Shown here piece by piece: positions 17,520 to 25,659 of a stretch of DNA of 36,656 bases. Below the pieces are notes generated by a model. That model had not been told where the DNA came from. It made no database searches and saw only the letters and a program-made list of their open reading frames with translations. Made by a program: the position numbers and the translations under genes. Origin of the DNA: a virus (lineage: Duplodnaviria; Caudoviricetes); IMG/VR virus record IMGVR_UViG_3300048606_000040, positions 1-36,656 of that record; one strand, 5' to 3'. The stretch's first letter is position 1, and each line of letters opens with the position of its first letter.

Positions 17520-19579
17520 CCACCGGCAATCTGACCATCCAGGACAACGACACCCTCGTCCAGTACGTCTCGGTGGGCGAGCTCACCTTCGTCTTCCCCT
17601 TCCCGATCCTCGAGACCGACGAGCTCAAGGTCTCGCGCAACCAGGTCCTACTCAGCTTCGGCGTCGACTACGACATCACGGGCCTGGGCGCCGACGGCGG
17701 CGGCCTGATCACTCTGCTCGCCGGCGCCTCGACGCCTGGCCAGGTGTTCACGCTGTGGCAGGACATGCCGATCGAGCGGCTCACCGGCTTCTCCGCCGGC
17801 GCCGCGGTCATTCTCGGCACCGCGCTCAATGCAGAATTCGCCGCCCGGCTGCGCGTCGAGCAGCAGCTGCGCCGCGAGATCCGAAACTCGATCCGCCTCG
17901 CGCCCGACGATCCGGTCGGTGGCCAGGACATGGTGCTCCCCACGAGCTCGAGGGTCGGCAAGTACCTGGGCTTCGATGCCGATGGGGATCCGGCCTATCT
18001 GTCAGGCACCGGGAACGACTCGGCGCTGCGCACGGATCTGGCGAACCCGCTCGGCCCCGGCAACGCCCTCGTCGCCTACCCGCGCAGCGCCGCCGAGATC
18101 GCCGCGGCCGTCGTCCCGCAGGTGTACTCGAAGAGGCCGCGGGATCCCTCGCGCTACAACCCGGCCGAGATCCTGGTCGACGCCGCCGATCTCTTCGCCG
18201 TCTTCGGCAACCCGCGCGCCAAGCCCGCAGGCTTCGCCTACGTCGACAGCAACATCTTCAGCTGCCCGGGCCCGGGCCTCGCCTCGCACGACTTCGATGC
18301 GGAGAAGAACTTCCTCGCAACCTACCGCCTGGTGTCGGGCGGCGAGGTGGGTGGTCAGTTCTGGGTCGATGGGGTGAACGGGTCGGATGCGAACTTCGGC
18401 TCTCTCAATGACCCGTACAAGACGATCAAGGCCTGCATGCAGGGCGCCGGCGGCCTCTCGCTGATCTGGCTCATGCCGGGCGTCTACACCGACAAGTTCG
18501 ACGTGCGCGCCACCGACAACCTGACCGGCGGCGGCACGATCGCGCGCGCGGTGCGCATCAAGGCCTGGGCGGGCCCGGGCTCGGTGATCTTCCGCTTCCC
18601 TGGCCAGCAGCCCGGCGAGATGGCCTGGATCGTCTCGCCGGGCCTCTCGGTGTACGAGGCCACCCCGACGGGCGGGGAGATCGCCGAGCACATCATCTAC
18701 AACCAGGACGGCAAGGAGATCCAGATCCAGTGGTACGCCTCGGCGGCCCTGGCGAACGGGCAGACCTCTGGCTGGTATCAGGATCCGGCGACGAAGAAGA
18801 TCTACGTGCGCCACGCGAACCGGGACTTCTCGCTCCCAGGCTTCGCCGCCCGCCTCGAGATCATGTACGGGGGACCTGGCGACCACGTGCTCTATGGCGC
18901 CAAGCTCTACCTCGAGGGCGTCACCTTCCGCGGCGGCAACGAGCTGCAGATCCTTCACCAGATCGACGGCGCCAACAATCACCGTCCGGTCCTCTATGCC
19001 CGCAACTGCAAATGGCAGTACCTGGGCTATCACTCGATCTACATGCTGGGCGGCCTGTACCTCTTCCAGGACTGCGTGAGCGAGAACTCGCTCAACGGTG
19101 ACGGCTGGAACTACAACGACGACACCAGCGGCACCGGGCTTCCCTGCCAGGCGATCGAGGTGGACTGCATCGGGCGCAACAACGGCACCCGCGAGTACAA
19201 GTCCTTCGACGGCGACCGGAACAAGCAAGGCAGCTCCGGCCACGGCACCACGATCGTCACCCGGGTCAACGGCGAGTACTACGGCAACTATGGCCAGCAG
19301 GTCGCCGACACGGGCGTCGGCTCGAAGACCTGGATGGTTGGCTCGATCATGGGCACGCCCTGGGCGGACCTGTCGACCAGCGGCACCGGCGGCTACTACA
19401 ACCTCTGGATGGAGGGCACCTGCTGGCTCGACACCGTGCGCGCCGGCAGCAAGGCCTCGACCGACGGCTTCCGGATCGAATTCGGCACCAGCAAGCTCTT
19501 CAACTGCGAGCTCTACGGCACCGCGTTCATCATCTCCAAAACCACCGGCCTCTCCGGGATCTACGACCCCACCCTATGA
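17516..19579 (+). CDS. Tail fibre/tailspike (687 aa): T7-type N-terminal anchor plus predicted beta-helix
   Basis: ATGA overlap at 17516; FVFPFPILETDELKV..DYDITG anchor; WVDGVNGSDANFGSLNDPYKTI motif followed by beta-helix-like repeats. Confidence 0.85.
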   Translation: MTTGNLTIQDNDTLVQYVSVGELTFVFPFPILETDELKVSRNQVLLSFGVDYDITGLGADGGGLITLLAGASTPGQVFTLWQDMPIERLTGFSAGAAVILGTALNAEFAARLRVEQQLRREIRNSIRLAPDDPVGGQDMVLPTSSRVGKYLGFDADGDPAYLSGTGNDSALRTDLANPLGPGNALVAYPRSAAEIAAAVVPQVYSKRPRDPSRYNPAEILVDAADLFAVFGNPRAKPAGFAYVDSNIFSCPGPGLASHDFDAEKNFLATYRLVSGGEVGGQFWVDGVNGSDANFGSLNDPYKTIKACMQGAGGLSLIWLMPGVYTDKFDVRATDNLTGGGTIARAVRIKAWAGPGSVIFRFPGQQPGEMAWIVSPGLSVYEATPTGGEIAEHIIYNQDGKEIQIQWYASAALANGQTSGWYQDPATKKIYVRHANRDFSLPGFAARLEIMYGGPGDHVLYGAKLYLEGVTFRGGNELQILHQIDGANNHRPVLYARNCKWQYLGYHSIYMLGGLYLFQDCVSENSLNGDGWNYNDDTSGTGLPCQAIEVDCIGRNNGTREYKSFDGDRNKQGSSGHGTTIVTRVNGEYYGNYGQQVADTGVGSKTWMVGSIMGTPWADLSTSGTGGYYNLWMEGTCWLDTVRAGSKASTDGFRIEFGTSKLFNCELYGTAFIISKTTGLSGIYDPTL

Positions 19580-20088
19580 AAACGATCACCGACATCTTGA
19601 AGGGCCGGGTCGGGGTCTCCCACCTCGGGCAGCTGCTGGTCAACCAGGTGGACGGCGAGCAGGGCGCCGTCCCGATGATGAAGACTTTCGCGATCGCATC
19701 GCCCCAGGTCCTCACCCTCTTCAGCGTCCCGCAGATCATTGTCGCGGCGCCAGGCGCCGGGCTCGCCTACGTGCCGCACCGCTGGATGGTGCACAAGCCC
19801 GCAGGCGTCGCCTATGCCGGCATTGCCGCGGGCGAGGATCTGATCCTGCGGTACTCGACGACGAACCTGCAGTGTCTCTCGGCGATCGAGACCACGGGCT
19901 TTCTCGACCAGGCAACCGCCCAGACGCGCGTCGCCGGCATGTTCGGGGCGACCGGCGTGACGCCGGCCGACTATTCGATTGACGCCAACCGGGCGCTCGT
20001 CGCGCAGCTGCTGCTCGGCGACATCACCACCGGCACCTCACTCCTCAAGGTGCGTGTCTGGTACGACATCGTGCAGATCCCCTTCTGA
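19576..20088 (+). CDS. Hypothetical beta-rich virion/tail-associated protein
   Basis: ATGA overlap with the tailspike; typical codon usage. Confidence 0.65.
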   Translation: MKTITDILKGRVGVSHLGQLLVNQVDGEQGAVPMMKTFAIASPQVLTLFSVPQIIVAAPGAGLAYVPHRWMVHKPAGVAYAGIAAGEDLILRYSTTNLQCLSAIETTGFLDQATAQTRVAGMFGATGVTPADYSIDANRALVAQLLLGDITTGTSLLKVRVWYDIVQIPF

Positions 20089-20312
20089 TGGAGCCGTCCT
20101 GGTTCTCGGTCGTGATAGCCGGCGCCGGGATCATCTTCTCCGGCTTCAGCGCCTACCTCGGGGTCAAGCTCGCCGTCACCCGCCTCGAGGGCCGGGTCAC
20201 CGCGCTCGAGAAGGAGTCCGACTACAACGAGGAATGGCGCCACGAGACGGCCAGCAGGATGCTGAACGATCACGAGCTGCAGATCGGGCTCATGCAACAG
20301 CGCCGACGCTGA
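20088..20312 (+). CDS. Small membrane protein (1 TM plus coiled coil), holin/antiholin-like
   Basis: TGATG coupling; hydrophobic residues about 5-29; directly before the lysin. Confidence 0.6.
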   Translation: MEPSWFSVVIAGAGIIFSGFSAYLGVKLAVTRLEGRVTALEKESDYNEEWRHETASRMLNDHELQIGLMQQRRR

Positions 20313-20323
20313 AGGGGACCCTG

Positions 20324-20821
20324 ATGGAGACGACACTCACCCGGTTTGCGTACCTCGCCGACTGCACGCTCGGCTGGCTCAACGTCGGGCCGTTGCGCCT
20401 GGCGACGCTCGAGGAGCCCTGGAAAGCAGACCCCGACGGCCCGGGCGGCCAGCGCCGCGACGCGGGCCTGCGCGAGTCGTGCGTCCCGGATGGCACCTTC
20501 GACCTGAAGCCGCATGTGAGCGCGCGCTACCCCGCCGGCGTCTGGTATCTCGCCAACACCAACCTCGGCGTTTATGCCCCGGGCACCCGACCCGGTGGCC
20601 AGAAGTGGGGGCGCGACGCGGTGCTCATCCACTCCGGCAACACCACCGAGGACACCGAGGGCTGCATCCTGGTCGGCAAGACTCACGTGCTCATGGGCGG
20701 CCGCCACCAGGTGCTCGAGAGCCGCAACGCCCTCGAGCTCCTACGCGGCTTGCTCGGCGGCACGTCAGCGCACATCCTCCACATCCGTCCGACGATCGGA
20801 ACCCGGGAGACCCAAACGTGA
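20324..20821 (+). CDS. DUF5675-like putative endolysin (165 aa)
   Basis: TLEEPW, SCVPDG and VLIHSGNT.EDTEGCILVG motifs; start reassigned to ATG 20324. Confidence 0.8.
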   Translation: METTLTRFAYLADCTLGWLNVGPLRLATLEEPWKADPDGPGGQRRDAGLRESCVPDGTFDLKPHVSARYPAGVWYLANTNLGVYAPGTRPGGQKWGRDAVLIHSGNTTEDTEGCILVGKTHVLMGGRHQVLESRNALELLRGLLGGTSAHILHIRPTIGTRETQT

Positions 20822-21405
20822 AACGCCTCGCCCTTGCCGCCCTGCTGCTGCTCGCAGCGCCCGCCTTCTCGCAGACCCTGACCTTCACGGTCGAATCCAC
20901 GACCAGCGGCGGCACGGCCGTCGTGCCCCGCCTCACCTGGACCACGAGCCCCGCCGGCGCCACCTGCACCGCGAGCAACGGCTGGACGGGCACCAAGGCG
21001 GCTTCTGGCACCGAGCTCCTGCCGGCGATCTCGGCGACCAAGAGCTACACGCTCACCTGCGCCTGGCCCGGGATCCAGACCGCGGTCGTTAGCTGGGTCG
21101 CGCCCACCACCAACACCGACGGCTCGGCGCTGACGAACCTTCAGGGCTACCGAGTCCAGTGGGGCACGAGCGCGGCCGCGCTCAATCAGTCGAAGTACAC
21201 CGAGAACCTGCTCACCACCTGGACGAGCCCGACGCTTGCCGCCGGCACCTGGTTCTTCGGCGTGCGGGCTTACAACTCCCTCGGCCTCGAGAGCGACATC
21301 TCGAATGTGGTGAGCAAGGTCACGACCGCCTCGGCCAGCCAGACCCGCACGCTCGAGGTTGCGATCAAGTTCCCGAACCCGCCGACCAATCTCACTGTCG
21401 AGTAG
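20818..21405 (+). CDS. Secreted Ig/fibronectin type III protein (195 aa)
   Basis: GGGAG RBS, GTG 20818; signal peptide MKRLALAALLLLAAPAFS; SWVAPTTNTDGS..L.GYRV.WG...WFFGVRAYN..G.ES..SN. Confidence 0.8.
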   Translation: MKRLALAALLLLAAPAFSQTLTFTVESTTSGGTAVVPRLTWTTSPAGATCTASNGWTGTKAASGTELLPAISATKSYTLTCAWPGIQTAVVSWVAPTTNTDGSALTNLQGYRVQWGTSAAALNQSKYTENLLTTWTSPTLAAGTWFFGVRAYNSLGLESDISNVVSKVTTASASQTRTLEVAIKFPNPPTNLTVE

Positions 21406-21413
21406 GAGCTCCC

Positions 21414-21680
21414 ATGGATCCGACCACCATGCCCTGGTACCGATCGCCGGTGTACGTCGGCATCGTCACCTCGATCCTCTCCCAGCTGCTCGCCCTGGTC
21501 GGCCGCGCTGATCTCTTCCCGACCGAGCAGCTGAACGCCTTCGTCGCTGGCGTCTTCCAGATCGTCGCGATCGCGGCGCTGGCGGTCTCGGAGTGGAAGC
21601 GCCGCAACTCGAAGCTGCAGCCCCTGACCCTGACCAAGGCCGAACCGCCTGCGGTCTCCGATTCCAAACCGAAGGAGTGA
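21414..21680 (+). CDS. Holin (2 TM, 88 aa)
   Basis: TAGGAG RBS; PWYRS, two hydrophobic helices and a basic KRR tail. Confidence 0.7.
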   Translation: MDPTTMPWYRSPVYVGIVTSILSQLLALVGRADLFPTEQLNAFVAGVFQIVAIAALAVSEWKRRNSKLQPLTLTKAEPPAVSDSKPKE

Positions 21681-21682
21681 CC

Positions 21683-22084
21683 ATGCGATCGATGCCAACT
21701 ATCACCAGAGCGCTCGCGGCCGCCGCGCTCTGTGTGGGACTTCTGCAGGTGGCCGGGTGCGCTGGCACCAAGGCTGCCTATGACGCGGCCGATACGCTCG
21801 AGGAGCGGGCCTTCGTCGTGACCGAGCACTACGCGGCCGTGGTGAAGCAGGCGGCGGACCTCAAGGACTCGGGCGTCCTCAAGGGAGCACCGCTCGCCAA
21901 AGCCCGGGAGATCGAAACCGTGGCGCAGCCGGTGGTGCTGTCGCTTGGGGATCTCGTGGCCAAGTACAACGCGGCGAAGAGTGCCGAAACGGAGGTGGCG
22001 CTGCAGCGTGCCCTCGATGAGGCCGTGCTCGCCGTCGCCAACCTGGTGCGGGTCGTGAAGGCTGCGGCCGGGGGTGGCGCATGA
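21683..22084 (+). CDS. Lipoprotein in lysis cassette (possible spanin component)
   Basis: AAGGAG RBS; signal peptide with VAG-C lipobox; helical body. Confidence 0.72.
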   Translation: MRSMPTITRALAAAALCVGLLQVAGCAGTKAAYDAADTLEERAFVVTEHYAAVVKQAADLKDSGVLKGAPLAKAREIETVAQPVVLSLGDLVAKYNAAKSAETEVALQRALDEAVLAVANLVRVVKAAAGGGA

Positions 22085-22326
22085 ACCCTACCATCCTGGC
22101 AGTGATCACCCTGCGCGCGGCGGCCCTCGCGGCGAGCCTCGCCGGCAGGAGCTCGACGGCCTCCGCCCTCTACTCGCTCGCCGATCTGACCGAGAGCGGC
22201 ATCGCGGTCGATGCGCACATGGCAGAAGTCGCCGCGAAGTTGAAGGACCGCACACTCACCGATGCCGACTGGTCGGACGTGGCGAACCGGATCCACGCGG
22301 ACAGCGCCCGCCTGCAATCTGGCTGA
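22081..22326 (+). CDS. Small helical protein coupled to the lipoprotein
   Basis: ATGA overlap; hydrophobic N-terminus; last gene before the terminator. Confidence 0.65.
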   Translation: MNPTILAVITLRAAALAASLAGRSSTASALYSLADLTESGIAVDAHMAEVAAKLKDRTLTDADWSDVANRIHADSARLQSG

Positions 22327-22350
22327 CAGCTCGCGCGAGCGACGACCTTG

Positions 22351-22379
22351 AAGCCCGGCCACGTGCCGGGCTTTTTATT
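22351..22379 (+). terminator. Rho-independent terminator of the late operon
   Basis: AAGCCCGGC-cacgt-GCCGGGCTT followed by TTTATT. Confidence 0.85.
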
Positions 22380-22439
22380 GCGCCGCGCTGGCGTGGTTGT
22401 CCTACAGCGCCGCGGCTGGCGGCTGGGGTCTCATGCGGC

Positions 22440-22739
22440 ATGAAGCGCCTGTGGTGGTGGTCGAAGCCCAAAGTGAAGCTCGAGCACCTCGATGCGCTCC
22501 TCCACGCGATCAACCAAAAGGCGGACGTCATCATGGTGAACCAGGCAGAACTTGCCCAGCAGCTGCGCGATCTGAAGGCCCAGAACGAGAAAGCCCGCGC
22601 GGAGATCCTCGCCAAGATCGCCGCCCTCGAGGCTGCGATCGCCGCCGGCACCAGCACCCCGGAAGTCGACGCGGCCCTCGCCGACCTCAAGGCCTCGATC
22701 CAGGCGGACGACGATCTGAACCCGGACTCGCCAGTGTGA
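22440..22739 (+). CDS. Coiled-coil hypothetical protein (start uncertain)
   Basis: Ala/Leu heptad pattern and typical codons from about 22470. Confidence 0.65.
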   Translation: MKRLWWWSKPKVKLEHLDALLHAINQKADVIMVNQAELAQQLRDLKAQNEKARAEILAKIAALEAAIAAGTSTPEVDAALADLKASIQADDDLNPDSPV

Positions 22740-22924
22740 CTATCAGCACGCTGATCGGTCTTTTCATCCTGCTGGCCGTGCTCGCGCTCCTTTGGTGGGG
22801 CGTGGGCCGGCTCGGGATTCCGGAGCCGATCAAGACCGTGGTGCTGGTGATAGTGGGGCTGCTCGCCCTGCTGTGGCTCTACCAGACCTTCGCCGGCGGC
22901 GGCGGGCTGCACCTCACCCGCTGA
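22736..22924 (+). CDS. Small 2-TM membrane protein (Thivi_2564-like)
   Basis: GTGA overlap; TM-IPEPIK-TM pattern. Confidence 0.7.
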   Translation: MTISTLIGLFILLAVLALLWWGVGRLGIPEPIKTVVLVIVGLLALLWLYQTFAGGGGLHLTR

Positions 22925-22925
22925 T

Positions 22926-23159
22926 CTATTTGCGGTAGTTGCCGCGCACGATCGGCAGGCAGTCGGCCGTCGTGCACTCGAAGTACAGGTGGTGCTGGCT
23001 GCGCGCGAACTTGAGGGCGGCCTCGCCGGCGCAATTGGGGCAGGAGATCCGGATCGGCTTGTCGAAGATCCGGCCGTGCGCCTTCTCCCACTGCTCGATG
23101 GCGGTGGCGGCCGTGATCGCTCGGGCGGCCACCGCCATGAACTCCTCGTGTGTACTCAC
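22926..23159 (-). CDS. Small Zn-ribbon protein (77 aa)
   Basis: GTGA overlap; CPNC...CTTADC. Confidence 0.7.
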   Translation of the reverse strand: MSTHEEFMAVAARAITAATAIEQWEKAHGRIFDKPIRISCPNCAGEAALKFARSQHHLYFECTTADCLPIVRGNYRK

Positions 23160-23359
23160 TTGCCCGCCTGTCGATCGCGCACCTGGCCGTGGCGCCAGCC
23201 AGGACGCAGCGCCAGGGCGATCGCCATGCGTTCGGCGCTGGTCTTGTCGTTCGTCCAGCCGCACACCACGCGCTGCTGGGTGGCTTCGTCAATGACGCTC
23301 ACCTCGTAACGCTGTCCGCGATCGCCCACCTGGTGCGGCCTCCCGCCCGCCCAGGTCAC
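23156..23359 (-). CDS. Hypothetical protein
   Basis: Part of a chain of 4-nt start/stop overlaps. Confidence 0.65.
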   Translation of the reverse strand: MTWAGGRPHQVGDRGQRYEVSVIDEATQQRVVCGWTNDKTSAERMAIALALRPGWRHGQVRDRQAGK

Positions 23360-23565
23360 CGCTTCTTCCGAAACTCGCCGGCCTGCGGACAGGTGACGAA
23401 GTGGGAGATGTGGCGCGGTAGCTCGAGCGTGTAGTCCTCTGGCAGCACGGTCTCGGCGTTAATCGGAATGTTCTTACCGGCGCTGGTCTTGAACCAGATG
23501 ATCAGCGCCCCGCAGCTGCGGCAGTTGCCGCGGCCGCCGCCTGGCGCTCGTGACCCACCGCTCAC
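23356..23565 (-). CDS. Small Zn-finger phage protein
   Basis: CRSCGA.I.W.KT..GK..P.N...SHFVTCP pattern. Confidence 0.75.
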   Translation of the reverse strand: MSGGSRAPGGGRGNCRSCGALIIWFKTSAGKNIPINAETVLPEDYTLELPRHISHFVTCPQAGEFRKKR

Positions 23566-23750
23566 TTGAGATCCCCGCGCCGCTGCAGCTCGCGAAAGCC
23601 GCGGCGCATCTGCATGTCAGTCTGACGCTGCTGCTCGAGCTGCCGCTCGCGGCGGATCTCCCGCCAGGCGCGGGCCCACACCATGAGCTGCACCAGCGCC
23701 CAGCCGCCCGCGATCGCGCCCACCGTGATCAGCGACTCCCGGCCGCTCAC
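23562..23750 (-). CDS. Small single-TM protein
   Basis: Hydrophobic N-terminus, charged coiled coil; overlap chain. Confidence 0.65.
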   Translation of the reverse strand: MSGRESLITVGAIAGGWALVQLMVWARAWREIRRERQLEQQRQTDMQMRRGFRELQRRGDLK

Positions 23751-24049
23751 TGGAACACGCAGCGGAACAGGGCCGCGAACTCATCGGGCGGATACACGGT
23801 GACCAGCTGCTCATCGCTGTCGAAGCAGACCACCCAGTCGCCACCGTCGAGGAAGCAGCTGGGCCCGTTCTCCGGCGTGTTGAACTCGACCCGCCCGTCC
23901 GGCTGGATGGTGAGGTACTCGAGCACCCAGGTCGGGATCGCCTTGGCGCGCGCGTCGTACTGCCAGCAGCGGAAGGGAGTGAGCGGCATGCAGCGGTGGC
24001 TGACGGCCGTCTCGAGTTCGACCACCGGCGCCGGATCCGCGGCCCTCAT
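23747..24049 (-). CDS. Hypothetical phage protein (100 aa), T.E...GDW...YP.DEF pattern
   Basis: Start reassigned to ATG 24049 (ATGA overlap); resembles a widespread phage family with TLEG..GDWII..YPC..DIF. Confidence 0.65.
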   Translation of the reverse strand: MRAADPAPVVELETAVSHRCMPLTPFRCWQYDARAKAIPTWVLEYLTIQPDGRVEFNTPENGPSCFLDGGDWVVCFDSDEQLVTVYPPDEFAALFRCVFQ

Positions 24050-24315
24050 GAGTGCCCCGCCCGCTCGGCCTCGGGCGCCGCCTCCTCGCCACCCATCACC
24101 GGGCGGATCCCGGTCACCGCCTCGATGAAGTCGGCGGTCACGTCCTTCGCGAGCTGCATGAACTGATGGCGGCGCGGCTCGTTCTCGTGCACCAGGCGCA
24201 TGTCGATGCGCGCGAGCTCCATCGGCGGCTCGCCCGGCATCGCGTAGTAGGCGACCCACCAGGCGCCCTCGTGGCGCATCGCTAACTTCCCGACCTGCAG
24301 GAGCGGGCGGTTCAC
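24046..24315 (-). CDS. Hypothetical protein (89 aa)
   Basis: GTG 24315 overlaps the ParB stop; typical codons. Confidence 0.7.
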   Translation of the reverse strand: MNRPLLQVGKLAMRHEGAWWVAYYAMPGEPPMELARIDMRLVHENEPRRHQFMQLAKDVTADFIEAVTGIRPVMGGEEAAPEAERAGHS

Positions 24316-25388
24316 TTGCGCACCGCCTTGGCCTTCTTCTTCGGTTTCGCCTTGGCGTCGTCCTTGTGGCTGGCGAGCAGCGCCACCTCGCCTGTCTTCA
24401 GCTGCACCAGGACCGGCTGGTAATCCTTGTCGAGCAGCTGCTTGACGCTCTTGCCCTGGTGGCTGGGCTGGTGATCGAGCCGCACGTAGCTGTCGGGGAC
24501 TTCGGCCTGGTTGCGCAGGATCTTCTGCCCACGATCCTTCGCCTCGGAAAGCATGCGCTCCCCGTGGGCCTTCTTCTTCGCGTTGAAGCAGACCAGGTCC
24601 AGGCAATGGCCCAGACCCTTCACCTGCTCGAAGAGGGCGCCCTGGGCGCCGCTGCGCTTGGGGCAGCCATGGCAGGCCCCGGCCTTGGGCACCAGGCCCG
24701 CCTCGGCGATCGGGAACGGCGCGCCCTTGAGCTCGGAGAGGAAGTGCTGCTCGGCGTGATCGCGCACGTCGGCGGCGGACATCGGGCCTTGCCAGTGATC
24801 GAGGTGATCGAGCACCTCCTCGAGGAGTTCGTCCTGGTGCTCATGGATCGGGAGCTTGGCGAGCTCGAGCGCCACGGTGAAGCCGAGCTTCCCGTCATAG
24901 AACGCCCGGCGCACCGCCTTCGACAGCGTCTTCAGGCGCAACCGGCGCAGCACGTAGGTCGGCGAGCGGCCGAACTTGGCGGCGATCTGCTCGGCGTTCA
25001 TACCGTGGCTGACCAGCGCCTCATAGCCTTCCGCCTCGGCGAGCTCGTGTAGCTCCTCGCGATCGAGGTTCTCGGTCAGCTGTACCTCGATCACTTGCTG
25101 ATCGTTCAGCTCGCGCACGCTGCAGGGCACCTCCGGCCACTCGGCCAGGCCCGCCGCCATGAAGCGCCGCTCACCGGCGACGATCTCGAACTGGGTGGCG
25201 GGGTTGCCCTTCTTGGCGGCCGGGCGCACCAGGATCGGGTTGACCATGCCGTTCGCATCGAGCGACTCGGCGAGCTCCTTGATCCGCGCCTTGTTGAAAT
25301 GGGCGCGGCGCTCGACCTGGCTCTCGGTCTCCGACAGCACCAGCAGCTTGCGCGGAATCAGCCGCGTCTCGAGCGCCGCGCTGCTCAT
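24312..25388 (-). CDS. parB: ParB/RepB/Spo0J-family protein
   Basis: NPILVRP, FEIVAGERRF, ENLDREEL, an HTH and a Cys-rich CHGCPKRS..CLD..CF module. Confidence 0.9.
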   Translation of the reverse strand: MSSAALETRLIPRKLLVLSETESQVERRAHFNKARIKELAESLDANGMVNPILVRPAAKKGNPATQFEIVAGERRFMAAGLAEWPEVPCSVRELNDQQVIEVQLTENLDREELHELAEAEGYEALVSHGMNAEQIAAKFGRSPTYVLRRLRLKTLSKAVRRAFYDGKLGFTVALELAKLPIHEHQDELLEEVLDHLDHWQGPMSAADVRDHAEQHFLSELKGAPFPIAEAGLVPKAGACHGCPKRSGAQGALFEQVKGLGHCLDLVCFNAKKKAHGERMLSEAKDRGQKILRNQAEVPDSYVRLDHQPSHQGKSVKQLLDKDYQPVLVQLKTGEVALLASHKDDAKAKPKKKAKAVRK

Positions 25389-25642
25389 CGACGCACCTGG
25401 CGCAGCGTGGCGCGCATGCCGTAGCGCCGGCGCCTGGCGCCCAGGCGCTTCTGCAGACCGCGCGGCTGGCGTACGGCGCAGAAGTGCACGCCCTCGACCA
25501 TCGCCTTGAAGCGCACCGCGCCGTGACTGCGCCCGGTACGCCGGGCCGCCTCGATCGCCGGGAGCCGTGCCTTGGCAACGGCGCGCAGCGTCCGCATCTC
25601 GGCCGCCCGCCAGGGCAGCCCGTGTTTCTTCGCTCGGGACAT
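25385..25642 (-). CDS. Small basic protein with HTH-like motif
   Basis: GAGGAGG RBS; W...E...L...A...GRS..AVR.KA pattern. Confidence 0.7.
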   Translation of the reverse strand: MSRAKKHGLPWRAAEMRTLRAVAKARLPAIEAARRTGRSHGAVRFKAMVEGVHFCAVRQPRGLQKRLGARRRRYGMRATLRQVRR

Positions 25643-25659
25643 GTCGACATCCTCCTCAG

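Noticed and set aside
17516-20088. Diversity-generating retroelement, expected from the BPP-1-like layout
   Set aside because: No reverse transcriptase and no TR/VR repeat pair were seen.
23747-24049. Assignment to a named anti-defence sponge family
   Set aside because: The similarity is too loose to name a family without a search.
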